A program made the position numbers and the translations under genes. The notes below the pieces were generated by a model. That model was not told the origin of the DNA, made no database searches, and saw only the letters and a program-made list of their open reading frames with translations. A DNA stretch of 64,000 bases, from the NCBI RefSeq assembly GCF_009914755.1, contig NC_060942.1, one strand, 5' to 3'. Source of the DNA: the human T2T-CHM13v2.0 reference genome, Homo sapiens. Positions within the stretch are counted from its first letter, which is position 1. Each line of letters starts with the position of its first letter. Below, one piece after another: positions 26,036-38,070 of this stretch.

Positions 26036-27049
26036 CTACAAAACCAGAGGCCATCTTAGAGAAAAGGGAGAGGAAAATAATCTGGAAATATACCTTATAA
26101 TTTAGGTGGTTAGACCAAGTTTGATCAGACCAATTTTGGACTTGTGAAAATAAGCATTAAATTCAAGTGTTGGCAACACAATGCATTCTACAGTTCCAGA
26201 TTGATAGTAATTTAAAATGTTTGTTAATATTATTCTATTATTTATGTAATACTTATAAAACTAATTTGAAAGCAAGAAAAATACAGAAAATAAAAAGTCA
26301 ACTTCAGGGGCCAGTATTACTCAGTTATCTATTCTTTTCTTCTTTCTTTTTACAGAGGCGTAGACATCATGTATGTAGCCCCTGAAATAGAGTGAAATAA
26401 TAAAACTTTTTTATAATCTGTTTTCTTAGAAAACCTATTTCTGAAGCTCTGTCACATTAAACCCCATTAAGTTTAAAAGGTTTAAGAGAAAACACTAATA
26501 ACTAAGCCTAATATCCAATGAGAAGAAGAAATAAAATCTTAAAAGAAACAAAGAAATCATTCAGTAGAAAGAAAGTATTATTTAAAGTATGTAAATAAGG
26601 GATTATTCCAGGAAAAACATAGGAACAAAATACAACATTTATTATTCTAGAGATTAAACTATAGTCCTTAGACTGTGACATTTAATAACTCAAAATGAAC
26701 AAAATTCTTTAATTTCCATTGATTTCTTCTCTGACAAAGCATTGCCACATACCAAACGTGAGCTAGTGTGTGTCCAAGGGCTACTAAATACATAATTAGC
26801 AGCGTGTTGTTGTTTAGTTTTTGCCAAGGCCATAAATAATTTTTTCTGTGATAAACTGTCCAACCCTGAAGGTTAACGTTTCTATCAAAGTTAATCAGTT
26901 CCTCTGAACAAAATTAGATTTAAAAATATATATTCAATCAAATTAAATTAGGCCTTCATTAATCCACTTAAACAGAAAATGAGCAGTGGTAAGATGAATT
27001 ATTACTCCAATTCTGAATTATGTTAACTTTTTTAAGAAATACAATATTC

Positions 27050-27210
27050 TTATTACAACTGTTTATGGAGGTTCCTAATCAGAACTAGGCACTGTGTTTT
27101 AAATACATGATAATTGATCCTTACAAGGAAACTTCAACATGAGTATTATTATCACTACTTTGAGAAGAAGAAAAGTCAAGGCTCAATGATGTAAAGAATC
27201 AGTCTACAGA
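27050..27210 (-). mobile_element. MIR SINE remnant
   Basis: aggcactgtgtttt...gatccttacaag...gtattattatcactactttgagaagaagaaaagtcaaggctcaatgatgtaaag resembles the antisense MIR core. Confidence 0.55.
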
Positions 27211-29030
27211 ATGATGATGCTTGGGTTTTTTTGGTGTATTATAGACCATGAATTGTCTGCATATGAAGTTGTTCTTTCCATTTAACTATTATAAGTAGCA
27301 TATAGCAGGATTTTTATATCCAATTAGATAATCTCTGTATAGGTATTTACCATAAATTAATTTTAATTTATTTCTAACTCCTTGTATTGCGCATTTGTTA
27401 AGCTTTTTTTTAAATTTTTTTCTATTCATGGTACACAGATAGGTTTTTATTTTTCTTATTTCCTTTAATTACATAAACTCTACAGATTTTACCTCTCTTG
27501 TTTTAGGTGGTTCCTTTAGAAGTATAATAACATTTTTAAATATAAATTTGCCTACCAAAGTATAATATCCATCAGTACTTCAATCTAGCACCAGAACAAC
27601 AAAAAAAATCCCTAATAGCTTAACACTTTAAAAAACATGCTCTATTCTACATTACTGTTGTATAAATTTGTTTTGCAACTTTTGTTATTTTAAATATCTA
27701 CTATGATATTAAAATATCAATATCTTTTATTAATTACATTATCATCATATTTGTACTTACCTTCATTTTTATTTTGACTGAAGTCTACTATTTAGATTTT
27801 TCTTTTGTTTTGGCAAAAGGATATTCGCAATTAACTAATTGTGTCTCTTATTTTACTTCATTTATAACAATTTTATAAGAGAGTGTATTAGTAGATTTTC
27901 ACACTGCTGATAAAGACATACCAGAGACTGGGCAATTTACAAAAGAAAGAGGTTTAATTGGACTTACAGTTCCACATGGCCGGGAAAGCCTCACAATCAT
28001 GGCTGAAGGCAAGGAGGAGCCAGTCTCATCTTACATGGATGGCAGCAGGCAGAAAGAAGGCAAAAAGTGGAAACAACTGATAAAACCACCTTATCTTGTG
28101 AGAATTATTCACTACCAAGAGAACAGTATGAGGGAAACTGCCCCCATGATTCAATTATCTTCCACCAGGCTCCTCCCACAGCACATGGTAATTATGGGAG
28201 TACAATTCAAGATTAGATTTGAGTGGAGACACAAAGCCAACCATATTATTCCTCCCCTGGCTCCTGCCAAATCTCATGTCCTCACACTTCAAAATCAGTC
28301 ATGCCTTCCCAACGGTCCCTTAAAGTCAACTTATTTCAGCATTAACTCAAAAGTCAACAGCCCAAAGTTTCATTTGAGACAAGGCAAGTCCCTTCCACCT
28401 ATGAACCTGTAAAATCAAAAGCATGCTACTTACTTCCTAGATACAGTGGTAGTACAGACAATGGGTAAATAGAGCTGTTCCAAATGAAAGAAATTGGCCA
28501 AACAAAGGGGCTACAAGCCCCATGCAAGTCTGAAATCCAGTGGGACAGTCAAATGTTAAAGCTCCAAAATGATTTCCTTTGACTCCAGGTCTCACATCCA
28601 TGTCATGCTGATACAAGAGGTGGGTTCTCATGGACTTGGGCAGTTCCACCACTGTGACTTTGCAGGGTACAGCCCCTCTATCTGTTGTTTTTGTGGGTTG
28701 GCATTGAGTGTCTGCAGCATTTCCAGGTGCACAGTTTAAGCTGTCCATGGAGCTATCATTCTGGGGTCTGGAGGACAGTGGCCTTCTTCTCACAGCTCTA
28801 CTATGCAGTGCCTTGGTAGGGACTCTGTGTGGAGGCTCTGATCCCACATTTCCCTTCAGCACTGCCCTAGCAGAGGGTCTCCATGAGCGCCCCACCCCTG
28901 CAGCAAACTTCTGCCTGGGCATCCAGCATTTCCATACATCTTCTAAAAGCTAGGTGGAGGTTCTCAAACCTCAATTCTTGACTTCTGTGCACCTGCAGGC
29001 TCAACACCACATGGAATCTGCCAATGCTTT

Positions 29031-30419
29031 TGAGAGGTGACAGCGTGCTGGCAGTCCTCAGAGCCCTTGCTTGCTCTTGGCACCTCCCCTGCCTGGGCTC
29101 CCACTTTGGTGGCATTTGAGGAGCCCTTCAGTCCCCCACTGCACTGTGGGAGCCCCTTTCTGGGCTGGCCAAGGCCAGAGCCCACTCCCTCAGCTTGCAG
29201 GGAGGTGTGGAGGGAGAGGCACCAGTGGGAACCGGGGCTGTGTGCGGCACTTGCGGGACAGCTGGAGTTCCGGGTGGGCGTGGGCTTGGTGGGCCCCGCA
29301 GTCGGAGCAGCCAGCCAGCCCTGCTGGCCCCGGGCAGTGGGGGACTTAGCACCCGGGCCAGTGGCTGCGGAGGGTGTACTGAGTCCCCTAGCAGTGCTGG
29401 CCCACCAGCGCTGCGCTCGATTTCTCGCAGGGCCTTGGCTGCCTTCCCACGGGGCAGGGCTCAGGACCTGCAGCCCACCATGCCTGAGCCTCCCACCCAC
29501 TCCATGGGCTCCTGTGCCGCCCAAGCCTCCCGGACGAGTGCCACCCCCTGCTCCACGGCGCCCAGTCCCATCGACCACCCAAGGGCTGAGGAATGTGAGC
29601 ACACGGCGCAGGACTGGCAGGCAGCTCCACCTGCAGCCCCGGTGTGGGATCCACTAGGTGAAGCCAGCTGGGCTCCTGAGTCTGGTGGGGATGTGGAGAG
29701 TCTTTGTATCTAGCTCAGGGATTGTAAATACACCAATCAGCACCCTGTGTCTAGCTCAAGGTTTGTGAGTGCACCAATCAACACTCTGTATCTAGCTGCT
29801 CTGATGGGGCCTTGGAGAACCTGTGTGTGGAAACTCTGTATCTAACTAATCCGATGGGGACGTGGAGAACCTTTGTATCTAGCTCAGGGATTGTAAACGC
29901 ACCAATCAGCGCCCTGACAAAACAGGCCACTTGGCTCTACCAATCAGCAGGATGTGGGTGGGGCCAGATAAGAGAATAAAAGCAGGCTGCCCGAATCAGC
30001 ATTGGCAACCCGCTGGGGTCCCCTTCCACACTGTAGAAGCTTTGTTCTTTTGCTCTTTGCAATAAATCTTGCTACTGCTCACTCTTTGGGTCCACGCTGC
30101 TTTTATGAGCTGTAACACTCACTGCAAAGATCTGCAACTTCACTCCTGAGCCCAGCAAGGCCACGAGCCCACGGGGAGGAACGAACAACTCCAGACGCGC
30201 TACCTTAAGAGCTGTAACACTCACTGCGAAGGTCTGCAGCTTCACTCCTGAGCCAGCGAAACCACGAACCCACCAGAAGGAAGAAACTCCGAACACATCT
30301 GGACATCAGAAGGGACAGACTCCAGACGCGCCACCTTAAGAGCTGTAACACTCACCGCGAGGGTCCGCGGCTTCATTCTTGAAGTCAGTGAGACCAAGAA
30401 CCCACCAATTCCGGACACA
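29031..30419 (+). mobile_element. LTR12C (HERV9/ERV9) solo LTR inserted in THE1A-int
   Basis: Starts tgagaggtgacagcgtgctggcagtcctc and ends aacccaccaattccggacaca; GC-rich U3, tandem CCAAT repeats, gagctgtaacactcac repeats; 4-bp TSD cttt/catt. Confidence 0.95.
29700..30070 (+). promoter_or_regulatory. LTR12C enhancer/promoter core with NF-Y CCAAT boxes
   Basis: CCAAT at 29733, 29774, 29902 and 29940; TATA-like aataaaa at 29975; AATAAA at 30061. Activity is not shown by sequence. Confidence 0.65.
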
Positions 30420-31700
30420 CATTGGGCTTGCACCATCTGAAGCCACAGCCTGAGCTCTACCTTGGCCCCCTGTAGTCATGACTGGAGCGGCTAGGACACA
30501 GGGCACCAAGTCCCTAGGCTGCACACAGCCCAGAGACCTTGGGCCTGGCCCATAAAGCTACTTTTTCCTCCTAGGCCTCCAGACCTGTGATGGGAAGGGC
30601 TGCCATGAAGACCTCTCACATGCCCTGGAGACATTTTCCTCATTGTCTTGGGGATTTACATTTGGCTCCTTGGTACTTATACACATTTCTGCAGTGGGCT
30701 TGTATTTCTCCTCAGAAAATGGGTTTTTCTTTTCTATCAGATTGTCAGGCTGCAAATTTTTCAAACTTTTATGCTCTGTTTCTCTTTTAAAAATGAATGC
30801 TTTCAACAGCACCCAAGTCACCTCTTGAATGCTTTCTTGCTTAGAAATTTCTTCCATCAGATACCCTAAATAATCTCTCTAAAGTTCAAAGTTCCACAAT
30901 TCTCTAGGGCAGGGCAAATGCTGCCAGTCTCTTTGCTAAAACATAACAAGAGTCATCTTTGCTCCAGTTCCCAACAAGTTCCCCATCTCTGTCTGAGTCT
31001 ACCACAGCCTGGATCTTATTGTCCATATCGCTATCAACATTTTGGGCAAGCCATTCAAAAAGTCTCTAGGAAGTTCCAAAGTTTTCTCCATTTTCCTGTC
31101 TTCTGAGCTCTCCAAACTGTTCCAGCAGTTACCCAGTTCCTCTCACCCAGTTCCAAAGTCACTTTCACATTTTCAAGTATCTTCTCAGCAGCTCCCCAGT
31201 TTACCGGTACCAGTTTAATGTATCAGTTCATTTTCACGCCACTGATAAAGACATACCTGACAGTGGGCAATTTACAAAAGAAAGAGGTTTAATTGGACTT
31301 ACAGTTCCACATGGCTGGGGAAGCCTCACAATCATGGTAGAAGGCAAGGAGGAGCAAGTCCCATTTTACATGGATGGCAGCAGGCAAAGAGAGAATGAGG
31401 ACAATGCAAAAGTGGAAACCCCTGATAAAACCATCAGATCTTATGAGATTTATTCACTACCATGATAACAGTATGAGGGAAACTGCCCCCATGTTTCAAT
31501 TATCTTACACCAGATCCCTCACACAATACATGGGAATTATGGGAGTACAATTCAAGATGACACTTGAGTGGGGAAACAGAGCCAAACCATATCAGAAAGT
31601 ATAATTATAAGTTGACATATATTTTTCTTTAGCAGTTTGAAAATTTGAGGGGCTCTCTAGGGCCGGCTACCTCAGAAGAATCAATCAAGACATTCCTAGC

Positions 31701-34011
31701 TGATATAGTTTGGATATTTGTCTTCACACAAATCTCGTGTTGAATTGTAATCCCGGTGCTGGAGGTTGAGCCTGGTAGGAGGAGTTTGGATCATGGGGGC
31801 AGATCCCTCATGGCTCTATGCTGTGTCAGTGATAGTGAGTTCTCTTGCGATCTGGTCTTTTAATAGTGTGTGGCACCTACCCCCATTCTCTCTGTCTCTT
31901 ATCCTGCTTTCACCATGTTACATGCCTGCTCCCCATTCACCTTTCACCATGAATGGAAGCTTCCTGAAGCCTCCCTAGAAGACAGATAGATACAAGCACC
32001 ATGCTTCCTATAAAACCTGCAGAACTGTGAGCCAATTAAACCTCTTTTCTTTACAAATTACCCCATCTCAGGTATTTCTTTATAGCAATGCAAGAATGGC
32101 CTAATACAGATAATTTGTACCAGGAGTGGAGGATTGCTATAAGGATACCTGAAAATACGAAAGTAACTTTGAAACTGGGCAAACGACCGAGTTTGGAAGA
32201 GTTTGTAGGGCTCAGAAGAAGACAGAAAGAAGATGAGGGAACGTTTGGAACTTCTTAGAGACTAGTTAAATAATTGTGACTGAAATGCTGACAGTGATAT
32301 AGACAGTGAACACCAGGTTGACAAAGTCTCAGATGAAAATGAGGAAATTGGGAACTGGAGCAAAGTTCATGTGTTCTATACCTTAGCAAAGAGCTTAGCT
32401 GCACTAAAAAATGACTAAAAATTCGAATTTATATTATATTTAAAAAGGAAGCAGAGCATAAAATTTCAAACATTTGCAGCCTTGCCATGTGTCAGAGAAA
32501 GAAAAAGCTTTTTTGGCAGAGGAATCCAAGCGGGCTGCAGAGCAACAACTTGCTAAAGAAATTTGCATAACTAAAAAAGATGCAAGTGTTAATAGCAAAG
32601 AGAATGGGGAAATGGTCTCCAAGGCTTTTCAGAGGCTTTCACAGCAGCCCCTCCCATCACAGACCCATAGGCCTAGAAGGAAATAATGGTTTCATATGTT
32701 AGGCCAAGGACCCTGCTGTCCTAGGCAGCCTCAGGACACTGCTTCCAACATCTCAGCCATTCTGGTGCCAGCCTCAGATCAAAGGGCCAGAGTTACAGCT
32801 TGGGCTGCCACTTTGGAGGGCACAAGTCATAAGCCTTGGCAGTTTCTGTGTATTGTTAAGCCTGCAGGTGCACAGAATGCAAAAGTGATAGATTCCTAGC
32901 AAAGCATCTGCCTAGATTTCAAAGGATATATAGAAAAGCCTGGGTGCCCAGGCAGAAACCTGCTTCAGGGATAGAGCCACCACAGAGAACCTCTACTAGG
33001 GAAGGGCCAAGGGGAATTGTCGAGTTGGATCCCCCACACAGAGTCCCCAGTGGTGAACTGTGTGGATCTGGGAGAAGTGGATCAACACCTTCTAGACCCA
33101 AGAATGGCAGGCCCACCAGCACCTTTCACCCTGAACCCGGAAAAGCCACAGGGACTCAACAATCTGTGAGAGCAGCTTCGGGCTGAATCCTGCAAAGCAA
33201 CAGAGGCAGAGTTGCCCAAGACCTTGGGAGCCTGTCTCTTGCATCAGTTTGCCTTGGATGTGGGACATGGAGTTAAAGAAGATACTTTTGAGTTTTAAGA
33301 TGTAATGGCTGCCCTGCTGGGTTTTGAACTTGCATGGGGCCTATAACTCCTTTCTTTTCAGGACAGTGATCATGGTGTCCTCTTCACCCATCATATAGTG
33401 AGTTAGCTAGACCTTACTCATCATCTTATTGCTGTTTTTTTAGACTAGTTTCTTTAGACTATTTTATTGCTGTCTCTTTGGACTATTTTCAGTATCAGCT
33501 TTAGTTCAGTTCTACAAACAAACATTTTGTAGATAAGACGGCAAAACATTTATTGAGGGAGGGAAAAGGAGAATGCAGAAATCATAGTGTATGCTTGATA
33601 CCTGTGAAAGAAAAGTGGAAAGAAAGGAAGGTTTAGTAAGAGGAACTTCATATTGCTTTATCATTCCAAGAAAGCTTTGGCCAGTGCTATGGGGCTTCAA
33701 GTTAAAGTCAGCCATTGGCTAATTTATTCATTTTGGAATGAGAATGCTAACCTATGTTACCATTGCATCTTGTAACCAACTTGTTTTTTATTTTACAGGC
33801 TCATAGGTGGAAGAGATTGGCCTTGTCTTCGATGAGACTTTGGACTTTTGATTTAATTCTGGAATGAGTTAAGACTTTGAGGAACTGTTGGGAAGGCATG
33901 ATTATATTTTGCAATATGAGAAGGACATAAAATTTGGAAGGGGCCAGGAGAAAAATGATATAGTTTAAATACTTGGGTCCACTCAGATTTCCTGATGAAT
34001 TGTAGTTCAAT
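31701..34011 (+). mobile_element. MST (MSTA/MSTB) MaLR: LTR 31701-32108, internal region, truncated second LTR from 33956
   Basis: tgatatagtttggatatttgtc...gaatggcctaataca, then MaLR-int, polypurine tract ggaaggggccaggagaaaaa and a second tgatatagttt. Confidence 0.88.
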
Positions 34012-36685
34012 GGATTGATAGGGAGGGAAACACTTTTAAACTCATTCTCTGAGGGCAGTATTACCTTGATACTAAAACCAGACAAAGACACAACAGCAAC
34101 AAAAGACACTACAGGTCAATATCTCTGATGAATATAGATACAAGAATCTTCAACAAAATTCTAGCAAATAGAATTCAACAACACAATAAAAAAATTCAGC
34201 ATGATCAAATGGGATTAATCCCAGTGATGCAAGGATGGTTCAATATAAACAAATCCATAAATATCACATCAACAGAATCATGAACAAAATTTGTATGGTC
34301 ATTTAAATACAATCTGAAAAAGTATTTGAAAAAAATGAACATCTCATCCTGGTAAAAACTTTCAACCAACTGGGTATAGAAGGAACATACTGTAATGTGA
34401 TAAATGTCATTTGTGACAAGCCCACAGCTAATTTCATACTGAATGGGGAAAAATGGAAAGCCTTTCCACTAACACCTGAAACAAGAAAAGAATGCCCACC
34501 TTAACCACTTTTATTAAACATAGTACTATAACTCCTAAGCAGAGCAATTAGACAAAAGAAACAAATAAAATACATCTAAATTAAAATGGAAGAAGTCAAG
34601 TTAGCTTTGCTTGCAGATGACATAATCTTATATTTTGAAAAACCTAAAGACTCTACTAAAAAAACTCTTAGAATTGATAAACAAGTTTAGTAAATTTGTA
34701 GTATACAAAATGAACATACAAAAATCAGTAGCATTTTTATACATATTTGTATACATACACCATTTTATACACACACCATATACATACACAACAGTGACCA
34801 ATCTGAAAAAGAAATAAGAAAGCATTCCCACTTAAAATAGCCAACGGGAATTTAAAATACCTAGGAATCAATTTAACCAAAGGCATGAAACTTACATACA
34901 AGAAAACCTATAAAACACTGATGAAAGAAATTGAAGAGGACACACAAAATGGAGAGATATTTCATGCTCATGGATTAGAAGAATTAATATTGTTAAAATG
35001 ACAATACTACCAAAGCAATTTACAGACTAAGTGCAATCCCTATCAAAATATCATGACAATATTTACAGCAATAGAAAAAAAAATCCTAAAATTCATGTGG
35101 AACCACAAAATATCTTGAATAGACAAAGCAATCCACAACAAAAAGAGGAAAGCTGGTGGGGTACCACACAAACTGACTTCAAAATACTCTACAAAGCTAT
35201 AGTAACCAAATCAACGTAATAATGACATAAAAACAGACCCATAGACCACTGGAAGAGATAGAAACATAGACTACATCCATGCACTTGCAGCCAACTCATT
35301 TTTAACAAAGGCACTAGAAATATATAATGAGGAAAGAACAGTTTTTTTTTTTTCAATAAGTGATGCTGGGAAAACTGGGTATCCATATGCAGAAGAATGA
35401 AACTAGACCCCTATCTCTCACCACATAAAAAAATCAAATTAAAATGGATAAAAGACTTAAACCTAAGACCTGAAACTATGAATCTACTAGAAAAAAATTA
35501 TTGGTGAAATGCTCCAGGGCACTGGTTTGTGCAAAGATTTGGAGAGTTAGAGCTCAATAACATAGGCAACCAAAGCAAAAATAGACAAATGGGATTATAT
35601 AAAACTGAAAAGCTTCTATACATGAAAGAAAATAATCAACAAAATAAGGAGAAAACCCACAGAACAGGAAGAAATATTTGCAAACCATTCATCTGACAAT
35701 AGATTAATAACCAGAATATGTAAAGATTTCAAGCAACTCAATAACAAATAAATAATCCAGTTAAAAAATCCATAAAAGTTCTGAATAGACATTTCTCAAA
35801 AGAAGGCATACAAATGGCCAACAGGCATATGAAAAATGCTCAACATCATTAATCGTCAGAGAAATGCAAATCAAAACTACAATAAGATATCATCTTACCC
35901 AGTTAAAATGGCTTTTATCCAAAGACAGGCAGTAACAGATACTGGTGAGGATGTAGAGAAAAGGGAACTCCCATACACTGTTGGTGGGAATGTAAATTAG
36001 TACAGCCAAGCAGAGAACAGTATGAAGATTCCTTAAAAAATTAAAATAGAAATACCATATGCTTCAGCAATCCGACTACTGGGTATATATCCAAAAGAAA
36101 GAAAATCAACATATCAAGGAGATATCGGCACTCTCGTGTTTATTACAGCACTATTCACAATAGCCAAGATATGGAATCAACTTAAGTGTCCACCAATGGA
36201 TGATAAAACCTAGTGTTTGACAGATCAATAGGATGGACTACAGCTTGCAATAATATATTGTAAACTATTTCAGCTATTTCAAAATAACTAGAAGAGAATA
36301 ATCCAAACCATCCTTATTATTAGCAGAGAATGTTTCTAGCATAAAGAAAATACAAATATTTAAGGTGATAGATAATGTAACTACAGTAATTTGATTTTTA
36401 CAAATTATATGAATGTATTAAATTTTCACATGTGGCTAGGCATGGTGGCTCATGCCTGTAATCTCAGCACTTAGGGAGGCCGAAGTGGGAGGATTGCTTG
36501 AGTCCAGGACTCTGAGGCTGCAGTGAGCTATGACTGCACCATTACACTCCAGCCCAGGTGACCAGAGATTCTGTCTCTAAAAAAATAAAACAAAGTAAAA
36601 TAAAATATAACACAATTTTAAACAATTTTTACATGTACCCCAAAATATTTACATCAGTTATGTCTCAATAAAAATAAGAAAGAAG
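34012..36685 (+). mobile_element. L1MA-like element (ORF2 RT to 3' UTR) with internal deletion near 36200
   Basis: Sense ORF2 remnants (aaactcattctctgagggcag, ttgcagatgacataatc, gctgggaaaactgggtatcc) and MA-type 3' UTR ending tcaataaaaa. Confidence 0.9.
36434..36623 (+). mobile_element. Monomeric Alu (FRAM-like or deleted AluJ) in the L1MA 3' UTR
   Basis: Single monomer with J-type gaggctgcagtgagctatga; TSD aattttcacatgt (36421-36433) and aatttttacatgt (36624-36636). Confidence 0.85.
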
Positions 36686-36960
36686 ATACAAAAACGAACA
36701 CAATATTATTTTGAACATGAAGAAATGCATATATATTTTAGCATAAATATATATTTGTAAAGCATTATGTATATGTGCATGTATAACAATTGCATGAAAT
36801 AAAATGTGCACGATTTGATACATTAATTATGTATTCAATTTATAATAATGTCTCTATGTTTATATTGGATTTCTTGACCCAGATATTCCCATCAAATTTA
36901 ATTTCACCCTGATAAATGTAGCTATTCAAATTACAGTTAAAATTACCTATTAAAAAAGTT

Positions 36961-37265
<305 letters not shown>

Positions 37266-38070
37266 TTAGTGTATATTTTAATTACATACATATATTGGAC
37301 TTCTCTTTGATAATTACAAAGAGCAAATAAATATTAAATAAGGTGCAATAGTTGTTGTTAGAAATATTGCTAAGTTTAAGACAGAAACCATGGCATCAAA
37401 ATCTTTCTCTGTCACAATCAAATGTGTCATAAAATCTGTCATACAAAACCTCTTAACCTTTTAAAATGATAGTTTATGTTCCTCCTGTAGAAAGGAGGGA
37501 TATTTGTAAAATTGCATGTTTGTGATAAGAACAAAATAAGATAATATATATGAAAGTATATGATATATAGTATATACTAAGACTTAAAAACAGCAATTTT
37601 CATTTTATTAAAAACATTGAAATATTGGAGATAGGAGACTTTTAGGGTAAACATTTATCTTTGTCAATTTCGGACTGCTTTTTATATGGGGCACTCCTAA
37701 AATAATTTTAATATATTTAGCATCCTATCAATTCAAAAATACATATAACTATATTAAGGAGTAAAATTTGTCCCTACATAATCAAAAAAACAACATCTTA
37801 TGTTGTGTAAAAAATGTGTTATGAAAAGAGTAGAGCATTTACAAGGTCACTGGAGTCAAAAAGAAAAGTAGAAATCAGAAGCAAGTTAGTATGCAATTAA
37901 TAAAGACATTTTAATAGATAACACATGGTTATCTTAAGCTGTCATATTGAGCTGTGTTGGTGCTCTCTTCCATGCATCAGCCAGTGCTACTCCATACAAT
38001 TATCCCGTGATATTCTGAAATGTTATTTTATATGAGAGAATATTCAGCAAACAATTTGGTGAATGCTGAC

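Larger units (their letters stand above)
27884..31594 (-). mobile_element. Full-length THE1A-like MaLR (LTRs 27884-28248 and 31219-31594, plus internal region)
   Basis: Two matching LTRs (tgtattag...ccatatta; tgtatcag...ccatatca) around THE1-int; 5-bp TSD gagag/gaaag; sits in an older L1 remnant that continues at about 31600. Confidence 0.93.

Noticed and set aside
27999-28953. ORFs of 137 and 161 aa
   Set aside because: THE1 LTR and internal-region remnants; not a host gene.
28964-29713. Overlapping long ORFs (212, 206 and 172 aa)
   Set aside because: They lie in the GC-rich U3 of LTR12C, where stop codons are scarce; low-complexity products on both strands with no domain.
29700-30360. Repeated units (caccaatcag; gagctgtaacactcac) resembling a CRISPR-like array
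   Set aside because: These are the normal internal tandem repeats of LTR12; there are no unique spacers, no cas genes, and the context is eukaryotic.
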